64,000 bases of DNA, taken from assembly GCA_963665095.1 (NCBI GenBank), contig OY762069.1, positions 3,616,001-3,680,000 of the forward strand, written 5' to 3'. Shown one piece after another: positions 11,383 to 21,880 of this stretch. The translations under genes and the position numbers were made by a program. The notes beneath the pieces are model-generated. The model worked only from the letters and a program-made list of their open reading frames with translations, made no database searches and had not been told where the DNA came from. How positions within the stretch are numbered: position 1 is the stretch's first letter; each line of letters begins with the position of its first letter. The DNA comes from an uncultured Desulfobacter sp. GTDB taxonomy: Bacteria; Desulfobacterota; Desulfobacteria; Desulfobacterales; Desulfobacteraceae.

Positions 11383-11536
11383 AGTGGACACCCTGGACAG
11401 GAAAATGATGGCCGCCATTGGCGCGGCCGAGGCCCTTGCCGGCAGGGACGAGTATTGTATGAACTACCTGAAAGGATTCAGGGCTGGAATTTTTTAGTGG
11501 CCGGGTTCAACCTGGATAGTTCAAAGGAAAAAGCAT

Positions 11537-12301
11537 ATGTTTAAACATGCCATTGTTAAAACGCCGGCACGGTCTCTTGCTTCCGGCATCACGTCGGCTC
11601 CGGAACTTGGACCGCCTGATTATACCAACGCCCTGGAACAGCACCGAAATTATATCCGTGCCCTTGATACCTGCGGCGTCTCAGTCAAAATTCTGAAAGC
11701 AGATGAACAGTTCCCGGACTCCTGCTTTATCGAGGATGTGGCGGTATGCACCCGGGCCTTTGCCATGGTCACCAGTCCCGGTGCCGGATCCAGGAAGGGT
11801 GAAGAGACGGACACGGCAGCCGTACTCAAAGAATTTTATGATGACATCCATCAGATCCGGGCCCCGGGCACACTGGAGGGCGGTGACGTGATGATGGTAA
11901 AGGACCATTATTATATCGGACTTTCGGACCGGACCAACCAGGAGGGGGCAGACCAGCTCATAGCGGCGTTGAACGCACACGGGATGGATGGATCCACTGT
12001 GGAGATGAAAGCGTTTCTCCACTTAAAAACCGGGACCTCCTACCTGGAAGACAATTTTCTTCTGGTGACAGGCGAATTCAAGGATAAAGATGAGTTCAGC
12101 TCCTTTACCCGGCTTGAAGTACCGGCGGACGAAAGCTATGCCGCCAACTGCATCCGCGTCAACGACTTTGTAATCATCCCTAAGGGGTTTCCAAAGACAA
12201 AAAAAATGATCGAAGAAGCAGGACTTAAAACAATTAGCATAGACACCTCGGAATTCAGAAAGCTGGATGGGGGGCTTTCCTGCCTCTCTTTAAGGTTTTA
12301 A
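11537..12301 (+). CDS. ddaH: N(G),N(G)-dimethylarginine dimethylaminohydrolase
   Basis: FPDSCFIED, LEGGDV, LHLKTG, YAANC and the C-terminal KLDGGLSCLSLRF with catalytic Cys. Confidence 0.92.
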   Translation: MFKHAIVKTPARSLASGITSAPELGPPDYTNALEQHRNYIRALDTCGVSVKILKADEQFPDSCFIEDVAVCTRAFAMVTSPGAGSRKGEETDTAAVLKEFYDDIHQIRAPGTLEGGDVMMVKDHYYIGLSDRTNQEGADQLIAALNAHGMDGSTVEMKAFLHLKTGTSYLEDNFLLVTGEFKDKDEFSSFTRLEVPADESYAANCIRVNDFVIIPKGFPKTKKMIEEAGLKTISIDTSEFRKLDGGLSCLSLRF

Positions 12302-12317
12302 CAACTTGAGGAATTGA

Positions 12318-13268
12318 TTGATGCTGGACGTCTCAAGAACCACCCATACCGTTCTCATGGTCAGGCCCTATGACTTTGGCTACAACGCGGAAACAGGCCT
12401 GGACAATGAGTTCCAGACCTGCCCTGGTGAATCGGAACAAGAGATCAACCGGGAGGCCAACCGGGAATTTGACGCCATGGTGGAGGCCTTAAGGGCGGAG
12501 GGGGTGCGGGTTCTGATTCTGGAGAAGCCGGAAAAGGCATACTCCCCGACCCCGGATGCCATCTTCCCCAACAACTGGTTTTCAACGGAGCACGACGGCA
12601 CATTGCTCACCTATCCCATGGCCGCCATGAACCGGAGAAAAGAACGGCGGCCCGAAGATGTGGAGAAGCTGCTCAAGGCCAATGGATATAAGATCAGGAA
12701 CGTTATCAACGTGGGCAGCCTGGATGAAACCCGTCACTTCCTGGAGGGCACAGGCTCCATGGTGATTGACCATCGGGCCGAAGTGGTTTACGCGGCCCGG
12801 TCCAAACGGTGTGATCCCGTGCAGTTTGATAACTTTATCCGCCTCAGGTTTTATAAGCAGGGGATCATGTTTGATACGAAAAGCAGTAAAGGACAGCCTA
12901 TTTACCATACCAATGTGATGATGGGTATCGGTGATAAATTTGCAGTGGCCTGCCTTGACTGTATCGTGGGAGACAAAGACCGGAAAAGGGTAAGGGATTC
13001 CCTGACCGAGTCGTTTGACCTCATTGAAATCTCAGTGGAGCAGATGGAAACCCACTTTTGCGGGAATATCCTCCAGGTGAACACAGCCGGCAGTCCGGCC
13101 CCTGGATCGCCCCTGATCGTCATGTCCCAAAACGCCTTTTCCGGGTTCCGGCCGGACCAGATCAACAAACTGAAAACCTATGGAAAAATCCTGCCGGTCA
13201 AACTGGATACCATTGAGCGTGTGGGCGGCGGCAGTGCCCGGTGCATGATGGCTGAAATTTTTTCTTAA
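12318..13268 (+). CDS. ctlX: Amidinotransferase-superfamily citrulline utilization hydrolase (CtlX-like)
   Basis: LMVRP..FGYNAET..DNEFQ, TPDAIFPNNWFST, LEGTGSMVID, IYHTNVMM, IERVGGGSARCMMAEIF. Confidence 0.85.
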   Translation: MMLDVSRTTHTVLMVRPYDFGYNAETGLDNEFQTCPGESEQEINREANREFDAMVEALRAEGVRVLILEKPEKAYSPTPDAIFPNNWFSTEHDGTLLTYPMAAMNRRKERRPEDVEKLLKANGYKIRNVINVGSLDETRHFLEGTGSMVIDHRAEVVYAARSKRCDPVQFDNFIRLRFYKQGIMFDTKSSKGQPIYHTNVMMGIGDKFAVACLDCIVGDKDRKRVRDSLTESFDLIEISVEQMETHFCGNILQVNTAGSPAPGSPLIVMSQNAFSGFRPDQINKLKTYGKILPVKLDTIERVGGGSARCMMAEIFS

Positions 13269-13280
13269 AGGGGGATCAAA
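13097..13280 (+). repeat. 184 bp direct repeat, copy 1 (ctlX 3' end)
   Basis: Matches 21399-21582 with 3 substitutions by eye. Confidence 0.95.
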
Positions 13281-13303
13281 CAGGAGATGAAAACCAAATA
13301 GCC

Positions 13304-14596
13304 TTATGGCTCAACACGCAGTTTACTGAAACAAAGAAGATTTGACGTATTGACGATTTCTTCTATGGCGATGTTTGCTTTGGAGGCCCAGGATTGGTTC
13401 TGCCAATGCAGGGGAATAAATGCGGCATCGTCATACAATATTTTTTCTATAGTCTTAAGCATTGCAGCACGTTTTTCTATGTTGGTTTCTCTATTTGACA
13501 GCCGGGTGAGCCTGCCCACCTCCGGATTGCAATAGTGGCCGGTATTATATCGGCCGATCCCGGATTCTTTATCCGGACACATGTAAAGAATTTCAAAAAA
13601 ATTGGCAGAATCTTCCGTGTCGCTGTGCCATCCAAGCATTTGAATATCTGCGTATTCCTGGTGAAAAAGCTTCCAGTATTGTGATTTAGGAAATGTTTCC
13701 AAATGGACTTTAATATGCAGATTGGTCATCATGGTGACAAATGCCCGAGCAAGCTTTTCATCATTGATGTATCGGTTGTTCGGAGCAATCATGGTACATT
13801 CAAAACCACTCTCATAACCTGCATCTTTCAAAAGTTGCCTGGCTTTTTCAAGATCAAAACGCGGCTTCAGCCTTTTAATATGACCTATATACCCTTCTGG
13901 GGAGTTTTGTTCGGCAGCAGTGGCAAACCCTTTCATGATGCACTTAACGGCTTTTTCATTGTCGTATGCATATGCCATTGCCCTGCGAACTCTTGCATCG
14001 GAAAATGGCAGGCATTTTTTCTGATTAAGCTGAAGTCCAATAATACGCGCACCGGGCATGGTAACCAGCTTAAGGTCCTTGTTTGATTGGATGGCATCAA
14101 ATGAAGAAGGTGCCACGGGTTCTATAAAATCGACATAGCCGGAGATCAGCGCAAGGGTCCTTTTAGCTTCACCAGGTATGGGATAAAGCTCAATGGTGTC
14201 AATGTCTCCGACATTGGGATCCCAATAATCCGTGAACTTGGAATATACTAATTTTACGCCCTTTTTATGGAATTGGACAGTGAATGGTCCGGTCCCGGAG
14301 ACATGACTTCCGGCAAAGGTCTCGCCGCCTTAATCAATCTGATCCTTGGATAAGCCGCTTTCCCTGTCAATGCCTGAATAAAACGCCTTATCCATTGGGA
14401 AAAGAAATTTTACCAGCTCCAGAACCAGGCCATATGGTTCCCTGGTAATCAGGTCAACCGTGTGCGGATCAAGGTTTGGCGGCTCTTCATTTACCCCAAT
14501 TTTCAGCGTGCCAGCATAGGCGTAACTGCAGATCGCCCAAATGGACACAACAAGGACCAATGGTCCGGCCAGCAATCCTGACGCAATCTTTTTCAT
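13304..14596 (-). pseudogene. Peptide/nickel ABC solute-binding protein (family 5), inactivated
   Basis: ORFs 14330-14596 and 13304-14116 are in the same frame, separated by TAA at 14330-14332 (read-through gives GTGPF...). There is also a large internal deletion after LDPH. Confidence 0.85.
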
Positions 14597-15003
14597 ATGT
14601 CTCCTTCCATATTAAAAAACTGTTGGAAACTTCAGGAGTAACATAACCCCTTAAACCTGGAAAAATCGTGACGTTCAGGACACTGGAGAGAAATCTGACC
14701 CCTGGCTTATTTCAATGTCGTGTTAATCTGCTTTTCAATATTTTCTTTGCCATTGCCGTAACCGTTGAAATTGTCACCTCTTGCTTTGGGGATTTTGGGG
14801 TACGGGACTGTTCGTTTACCTCACTTTTGTCAGGTCCCTGATGCTACTTTTCACGGCACCTGTGGCGCCATAACCGGTAAGCAGAATTAATCTGTTCCAG
14901 GGGTTATCAATTCCCGGCATTTTTTCATAATTGTGCAGGCTGCGGGCATAGATATCCTGGACGTTTTCAACTGAAAGGCTGAACTGTTTACCATGGCCCA
15001 GTC

Positions 15004-16281
15004 CTATTCTTTGATAAACGGTTCATACCAGGAGTCAAGACCTTTTTGAACATAGGCTGCTGCCTGCTCCGGGGTGAACCGGTCAGTGAGCATCTCAATC
15101 AGGGCATCATTCATCATCCGGTTCCCCCCCGGTGCCCTGTCTGACAATTTCTCCCAGGTGGTTCGAATGGTGATGTCACTCCCCTGGGCTGCGTCAATCA
15201 TTTGTTTTGCCAGATCATCTTTTAATTCGAACTTCCCCGGAGTGTACACATAAAATCCTGGAATATGCGTCATGATCAGACCGGCAAATTCGGTACTTAC
15301 GGTCCATCTTAAAAAATCCAGGGCCTGGGCCGTATGTTTAGAATTCTTGTTTACACCAATGCCTGCGTCAACATGGAAACAATAGGATAGCCGGTCGCCT
15401 TTTTTTTCAACGGGCGGGGGAAACCATCCCACCTGTCTCTTGCTTTTCTTCCGGATTATTCCAAGGTCCCAGGATCCGCCTATATACATGACCGCGTTGC
15501 CGGATATAAACATGTTCTGCATCCCGACATCATCAAGCTTTTTATATCCTTCGGGCAGATAGGGTTGCAGTTGGTCGATGCGTTTAAATGCATTGATAAA
15601 GGCCGGGTCCGTTAATTTCATTTTCCCCTGCATCAGCAATCGCCTGGATTTTTCCCCACCGTAAAAGTTGGGCCCAAGCCCGCTGAAAACAACTTCATAC
15701 AAGGTCCATTCGTCCATGGCGCCTTGGGCCAGTACGGTTTCTTTGTTTTCCTTTAACAGGCGGCAGATGTCCATGAAAGCATCCCAGGTTTCCGGAACCT
15801 TGATACCGTATTTTTTAAAGGTGTCTTTATAATAATATATACCATGGGTGACTCCGAAAACAGGTACCCCGTAGATTGTCCCATTCCCCGTCGTCCAGGC
15901 TTTTCTGGCTGAATCAGGGAATTTTTCAAGGCCTGGCACGTCATTGTTCAGTGCAAGCAGAAACCCGCTGTCATAGATTGTCCGGCCAGGCGAAAAAGAG
16001 CGCAGGAAGATGAGATCTGCGCCTGTGCCGTCTATAAGAGAAGTGGCCATAAACGCATCGTATTCTGTGGCAACAACCGGTTTGAAAACAACGTTCACCC
16101 CTGAATGCGATTTGTTGTAAACAGCCAGTATCCGCTCCATTGCATTGGCATCATCCATACGCCAACTGGTTATTTCTAATTGAATTTTGTCATCGGTGTA
16201 GGCATTTTTCGTAACAATCAATAAGGAAAAAATAAATAAAATATTGATCCCGGCAACTATTTGGAAAACATATTTTTTCAT
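15004..16281 (-). CDS. Extracellular solute-binding protein (family 1, sugar-type)
   Basis: Signal/anchor, SWRMDD, YGVP..GIYYYKD.FKKYGIKVPETWD.F; no permease nearby. Confidence 0.88.
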   Translation of the reverse strand: MKKYVFQIVAGINILFIFSLLIVTKNAYTDDKIQLEITSWRMDDANAMERILAVYNKSHSGVNVVFKPVVATEYDAFMATSLIDGTGADLIFLRSFSPGRTIYDSGFLLALNNDVPGLEKFPDSARKAWTTGNGTIYGVPVFGVTHGIYYYKDTFKKYGIKVPETWDAFMDICRLLKENKETVLAQGAMDEWTLYEVVFSGLGPNFYGGEKSRRLLMQGKMKLTDPAFINAFKRIDQLQPYLPEGYKKLDDVGMQNMFISGNAVMYIGGSWDLGIIRKKSKRQVGWFPPPVEKKGDRLSYCFHVDAGIGVNKNSKHTAQALDFLRWTVSTEFAGLIMTHIPGFYVYTPGKFELKDDLAKQMIDAAQGSDITIRTTWEKLSDRAPGGNRMMNDALIEMLTDRFTPEQAAAYVQKGLDSWYEPFIKE

Positions 16282-16474
16282 AAAACTCCCCTTATGTATC
16301 CTGATTGAATTAAATGGAGCTCCGCCTGCCCCTGTTTTAATGCCCCTGTTACTTCATCTGTTAAGGCATATTGGTGCTTTGAAGCCGCTATAGTTTCTAT
16401 TGGTTGGTTTCATCACCGTAACAGTCAGGTGGCACCGGAGTGATCTCATGCATGTATGGTTGTTACAGCCTACC

Positions 16475-17476
16475 TCAAATTTGCCTGCCGGATGATGGCG
16501 CTGTGCCCGGCGTCCGGTATTGATTAAGGTATGCCTTGAATTGGGCGACGTTTGATTTATCTACAATTGTTGTGCCTGTATAGGTGGTCGGCGGGACTTT
16601 GGCACCCTGGATCATTTTAGCGGCAATCTGAACGCCTTTGATTCCCATCTCGGCCGGCATCTGAGCAATTGTTGCCAACATTATTCCGGATTCGACAGCA
16701 TCAAGTGCAGGTGTAATTCCGTCATATCCGATCACGCGGATATCGCTGCGCCGGGTAGTGGTAATGGCCTGAATAGCCCCGAGTGCCATGTTGTCATTGC
16801 AGGCAAAAATCAGATCAAGCCCTGGATCTTGTATAAGAAGATCGCTCACCGCTTTATATCCTGCCTGTTTTTCCCAGTTCGCCTGGCATTCATGCACATT
16901 GGCCGGCCCATGTTTGAGAACCTCGCTTTTAAACCCCTTCCAGCGAGCTATGGCATTTTCCTGCTGGACAATCCCGATGAGAATGCCAAGGCTCATACCA
17001 TTCAGATTAAAATGACTTGCTGCGTACATACCGGCTTTTCTCGCGCCATCATAGTTATTTGTTCCCACATAGGGGATAGGGGATAGTTGAGATCTTTTTA
17101 ACAAGGCCGGATTAAGTCTGGTATCTATGTTAACAATCTGAATGCCCCTGTCCTGTGCCGTTTTGAGCTTTAAAACCACGCTCTCATAACTTGGAACAAT
17201 ACAGATGACATCCACACCATCGGCGATGAGATCCTCTATAATCTGCTCCTGGGCCTTTCCACTCCTGTGGGTGCTTCCTGACCTGACGATCAGTTCCGCA
17301 TCAATGTCCCGGGCAGCTTGATATGCGGCATTGACCATTATGACAAAATATTCATTGTCCAATGTCATGGGAACAAACCCGATGCGTTGTCTTTTACTTT
17401 GATCCGCCGGACAGTTTCCTGCGGCAACCATCAAAAATACAGCTATGATAACCATCCATATTCTGAATAGATTCAT
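16475..17476 (-). CDS. RbsB-like periplasmic sugar-binding protein
   Basis: TLDNEYFV, YVGTNNYDGA, ANWEK, IFACNDNMALGA, VIGYDG, ATIAQMP. Confidence 0.9.
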   Translation of the reverse strand: MNLFRIWMVIIAVFLMVAAGNCPADQSKRQRIGFVPMTLDNEYFVIMVNAAYQAARDIDAELIVRSGSTHRSGKAQEQIIEDLIADGVDVICIVPSYESVVLKLKTAQDRGIQIVNIDTRLNPALLKRSQLSPIPYVGTNNYDGARKAGMYAASHFNLNGMSLGILIGIVQQENAIARWKGFKSEVLKHGPANVHECQANWEKQAGYKAVSDLLIQDPGLDLIFACNDNMALGAIQAITTTRRSDIRVIGYDGITPALDAVESGIMLATIAQMPAEMGIKGVQIAAKMIQGAKVPPTTYTGTTIVDKSNVAQFKAYLNQYRTPGTAPSSGRQI

Positions 17477-17893
17477 ATATCGCTCCTAAAACAGACTTAA
17501 TACCTATCCTGACAGCGATCGGGATCGGGAAATCTTTGTTCGGTTTTTAAGAAATTGGAAGATCGTTCTTGTGCTTATCATAACTACTTCGAATTATTAA
17601 TACAATAATCAAATGCAGAGATCAATAATTAAGGCGTAACATCAAAACAAAATTTACGAAAAATCATTGGCTATAGCAACGCATGGGAAATATATAGATA
17701 TCAAGCAATTATAGAGATAATGAGATTTTTAAAAATCCTTGTGGATCTGTCTTTAAAATTTTAAATATCTTTCAATAATTATTTATTTTCCGGTGCATTA
17801 TAGTGCCTGAATTTTGCCTTGACTTTTATGATTTCTACTTGATATTCTTATTGAATAAATTAACAAGCCTCGTTTCTACCCCTAATATTATAT

Positions 17894-18364
17894 ATGGAAA
17901 AACTAAAATTTTTTACCCTTATCCTGACCTGTCTTTGTATTACAGGGACGGTTTTTGCCCTTGAAATTACAGATGAGCAGGTTATTGAGCTTGTGGATAA
18001 AACTTGTGAAGATATCAAAAAAGATGCACAAGGAACTTTTGACAAGATTGTAAACGCAAAACACCCTTATAAAAATGCCCAAAATCCGGCTTTATATGTT
18101 TTTGTTTATAATACCCAGGTTGTTATTGTAGCCCACCCTAACAAAAAGCTTGTTTATAGAAGTTTTGAAGATAAAACTGATGTAAAAGGTAAAAAATTTC
18201 GTAACCAGATTGTTAACGGGGCAGTTAAAAACGGAAGCGGCTGGGTGAGTTATCAATATAAAAAGCCCAAAAAGAACGAAAGGTATAAAAAGCTCACCTA
18301 CTACAAATTGGTCACCGGTTCAGATGGTAACAGATATGTGGTTGCCAGTGGGAAATATTTATGA
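17894..18364 (+). CDS. Stand-alone secreted single Cache domain protein (paralog of 995-1465)
   Basis: Same length (156 aa) as 995-1465, with long identical stretches. Confidence 0.85.
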   Translation: MEKLKFFTLILTCLCITGTVFALEITDEQVIELVDKTCEDIKKDAQGTFDKIVNAKHPYKNAQNPALYVFVYNTQVVIVAHPNKKLVYRSFEDKTDVKGKKFRNQIVNGAVKNGSGWVSYQYKKPKKNERYKKLTYYKLVTGSDGNRYVVASGKYL

Positions 18365-18427
18365 TGAATTTTATTAGGCATTCTAATGCTTATTGGGAAA
18401 TAGATTTGATGAAACTTAAATCTTATG

Positions 18428-21070
18428 TTAATCCCCGGCTATCGGTGCAATAACGGCCATATCCCTGCCCATGTTTTTTGCTTCATAAAGCGCTGCATCA
18501 GCCATTTCCAGAGCATCTGAAAGCGTTATTGCATGAACCGGACACAGGGCCGACCCAACTGAAACGGTTATTTTATAAGATTGTTTTTTATGTTTGACAA
18601 CAAGAGTCTCCCTGATTTTTGCGCAAATTTCTCCTGCTTTTTTTTGCAAACCTTCAAGTGTTGTATTAATAAGAACGATGACAAATTCCTCCCCGCCGTA
18701 TCTACAGGCTATGTCTTCACCCCTTGTATTCTTTTTTAAAAATTCTCCAAGAGATTTAAGAACTGCGTCGCCACAGTCGTGACCATATGTATCGTTGAAT
18801 TTTTTGAAATGATCCACATCCAACATGATAATGCCGACTTTATACTTATTTCGAACCATTCTCGAGGATTCAAGTTTCAGGGTCTCATCCATGAAACGCC
18901 TGTTATGTAACCCGGTCAACTGATCAATAATTGACTTTTGTTTTAAAGAACTTTGAAGCCTTACATTTGCAAGAGCCATGGCTATGTATTCAGAAATGGT
19001 TGTTCCCACTTCCTTTTCCCTGGACAGCTTTCGATTGTTTGCAACACTATCCGCCTTATCAGATGGATTTTCCATGATTACATAGAAAAGACCAAGGGTT
19101 TCTCCTTGAAAAATCATTGGTACACATAAAGAATCCATATCTGGGCTGTTCATAAAATGGGGACAGCGCAACAACCGGTCCTGTTTATGGTTAAAGTATG
19201 GTTTTCCCTGACGCAGCGCCCAGCATTCATCAAATATAAAGTTGACACTTTCCCCTTTGTTGTTTCCCCATGTTAATACATTAAAGAGATTTTTAGTCTC
19301 TTTGTCATATTCAAGCAGCATTCCTGAGGTATCAGGAAAAAATTTTTGAATATATTGATGGGCTATCTTATATATTTCAGCACTGCTGGAACAGATCTGA
19401 ATCATTTCGTTCATATTTCGGAATAAAGCATTTTCCAGATTCAGTTGTTCCAGCTCTTTTATCCAGCTTGATAATTCCTGGGTCCTTTTTTCCACTTTGC
19501 CTTCAAGCTCACGCTGTGATGTTTTCAAGGCTTTTTCATAGTCTTTATAGTCGGTTATGTCAGTAAAAAAACCATCTATATACAGAATTTCATTTGCATC
19601 ATTTTTATAGGCCTTAAGACTTAAAGAGCACCAGAACGTAGTTTTGTCTTTTTTGAAGAATTCAACCTGATGATTGTTGACTCCACTGTCTTTATACAGC
19701 AGCTTATACATTTGTTTTTGATCATCCGGGCATTTAAAAAGCTGAGCGCCAATATCTTTTACCTCTTCTATCATTTGCCCGGTTGATTCATAGCCAAAAA
19801 TATTGGCCATGGCCGGATTGATGGTGAGCAGTTTCCCGTCCCGGGCTATCCGGCAAATACCTTCCATGGAGTTTTCAAAGATACCTCTATATTTTTCCTC
19901 TGATTCCAAGAGCTTAAGGCTGGTAGACTGTAATTTATCAATAAATTTATTGTAGTTTTCAGCAAGCTGACCCATCTCCGCACCCCACCGCACCTTCATG
20001 CGTCTGGAGAAATCAACCTGGCCCTTGCTTCCGAAAATAGAGATCATTTCCTGAAGCGGTTCTGCCAGCCATGAACTGATCAACCAGGTGATGGGTGCAA
20101 TTATCAGCAACATTACTATGGCGGTGATAAGGGTTGATACCCCAATAGTCCGTATGGGACTATAAAATTCTTCCATATAACCCGACGATGCCACAATCCA
20201 GTCAAGTTCGGCAATATAAGTGAAGACAACCAGTTTTGTTCTGGCGACCGGATCTCCCGGATTTTTCCATGGATAGAGAATTTTCCCATTTTTTGCTTCA
20301 CACATCTGCTTGATGAACATGCGACCGCTGTCATCTGTAGAATTATAAATATTGGAGCCTTCAAGCTTAGGGTGAATGATGAGAAGGCCTTCACTGTTTA
20401 TTATAAATGGATAGCCTGTTTTTCCAAAGGTCAGGGAAAGGATGTGGTCTTTAAAATCATTCACGCTGATAAGCTGATTAAATTCATTGCAATACACTGA
20501 AACGGAAATGATCCAGTCCCATGGAGGGAAATGGCACATATAGAGTGCTTTTGAAGCCTTCCTTTTTTCACCTGCATTGGCCCATTCATATTCCAGGTAT
20601 CCGTTCTTTTTCTGAATTTGATATTGCACAAATTTAAAATTTGATATGTCCTGATTGACTAAATCTTTTTGCGGATGGAAAAGGACAACTCCCTTGCTGT
20701 TAATGCAATAGATATAGCCGCTATCTCCCACAACCTGGTTGAGCAAAAATTTTTCAGCGGCCTCTTTAGCCTCTTTTTCCGTAATTTCATTTATTTTCGC
20801 CCTATGATAAAGATCTAATATAAAATCAAGATTAGTTTCAGCTTTTGAGCGAAGATAATTTTTAATAGATGAATCAGCAGCCGATGTCACCATGCCGTGG
20901 ATAATCTGAGTAAAATTACTCAGATTTTTTTCAATATCTTTTTCAAGGGTTGATTTGACAAGAAAGTAGACGATTGAAAAACTTAATACCAGAATAAAGG
21001 TAAAGGCCAGGATATAGCTTAATAGAAGCCTGGAGCGAATGGACAAACTTTTAAAATAACCGCTTATCAA
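18428..21070 (-). CDS. Membrane diguanylate cyclase: Cache-Cache-HAMP-PAS-GAF-GGDEF
   Basis: TM, two Cache_2-like repeats, PAS (YRGIFENSMEGI), GAF (CWALRQG), DVDHFKKFNDTYGHDCGD, and RGEDIACRYGGEEF (RxxD I-site and active site). Confidence 0.92.
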   Translation of the reverse strand: MISGYFKSLSIRSRLLLSYILAFTFILVLSFSIVYFLVKSTLEKDIEKNLSNFTQIIHGMVTSAADSSIKNYLRSKAETNLDFILDLYHRAKINEITEKEAKEAAEKFLLNQVVGDSGYIYCINSKGVVLFHPQKDLVNQDISNFKFVQYQIQKKNGYLEYEWANAGEKRKASKALYMCHFPPWDWIISVSVYCNEFNQLISVNDFKDHILSLTFGKTGYPFIINSEGLLIIHPKLEGSNIYNSTDDSGRMFIKQMCEAKNGKILYPWKNPGDPVARTKLVVFTYIAELDWIVASSGYMEEFYSPIRTIGVSTLITAIVMLLIIAPITWLISSWLAEPLQEMISIFGSKGQVDFSRRMKVRWGAEMGQLAENYNKFIDKLQSTSLKLLESEEKYRGIFENSMEGICRIARDGKLLTINPAMANIFGYESTGQMIEEVKDIGAQLFKCPDDQKQMYKLLYKDSGVNNHQVEFFKKDKTTFWCSLSLKAYKNDANEILYIDGFFTDITDYKDYEKALKTSQRELEGKVEKRTQELSSWIKELEQLNLENALFRNMNEMIQICSSSAEIYKIAHQYIQKFFPDTSGMLLEYDKETKNLFNVLTWGNNKGESVNFIFDECWALRQGKPYFNHKQDRLLRCPHFMNSPDMDSLCVPMIFQGETLGLFYVIMENPSDKADSVANNRKLSREKEVGTTISEYIAMALANVRLQSSLKQKSIIDQLTGLHNRRFMDETLKLESSRMVRNKYKVGIIMLDVDHFKKFNDTYGHDCGDAVLKSLGEFLKKNTRGEDIACRYGGEEFVIVLINTTLEGLQKKAGEICAKIRETLVVKHKKQSYKITVSVGSALCPVHAITLSDALEMADAALYEAKNMGRDMAVIAPIAGD

Positions 21071-21398
21071 AATTGTTTCCTCGTTCTACAGTGTTACGAT
21101 AATTTTTTTACACCATCGTAATTTTTCAGATATCAATTATACTTTTCCCGAATAATGGCGAAAAGATATCTGTACTCCTTCCGATGTACAAAATAACGTA
21201 CAGGCTAAACGGAAAAATTAAAATTTGGTATGGAGAATAAAGGCAGCCAAAATCTTAAAATATATGATCACTGCTTGCTTGGATAATAGTAGTAAAAAGG
21301 CTTGTTTTGTGTCAAGAATAAACTTTTATTCAGTGCCATGGTCCAGGCCGACACATCCACCCAAAGCGCCAAAGCTTCCCCAAAAAGGGGCCAGGCCA

Positions 21399-21582
21399 GG
21401 CCCCTGGATCGCCCCTGATCGTCATGTCCCAAAACGTCTTTTCCGGGTTCCGGCCGGACCAGATCAACAAACTGAAAACCTATGGAAAAATCCTGCCTGT
21501 CAAACTGGATACCATTGAGCGTGTGGGCGGCGGCAGTGCCCGGTGCATGATGGCTGAAACTTTTTCTTAAAGGGGGATCAAA
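21399..21582 (+). repeat. 184 bp direct repeat, copy 2 (orphan ctlX 3' fragment)
   Basis: Near-identical to 13097-13280. Confidence 0.95.
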
Positions 21583-21880
21583 ATTTCAGCCGCGTCAGCC
21601 GCCGGTTAAAATCTTGCGCCACTCAAATTTGAACCAGACGATCTGTATTGGAACAGTTTCTAATCCAGAATACACCGTCTTTACATCAGACTGAAAAGCC
21701 GATATTTTAAAAAATTCGAAATGGAATGGTTCGAAAAGATCCCTGTTGGTCAGGCAGGCTATGGTGTGGGAAAAAATCGATCTGTATATGATACTATGTC
21801 GGTGATATACAGATCATCTGCCATTTTAAAACCAGAGAGAGAACCGGACCCCTTTAATCTTAAAGAGACAGGAAAAAGAC

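Noticed and set aside
14330..14332. Programmed stop read-through in the SBP gene
   Set aside because: The stop is TAA and the gene also has a large internal deletion, so it is a plain pseudogene.
14600..15000. Coding-like fragments between SBP genes
   Set aside because: Short frames could not be assigned to any family.
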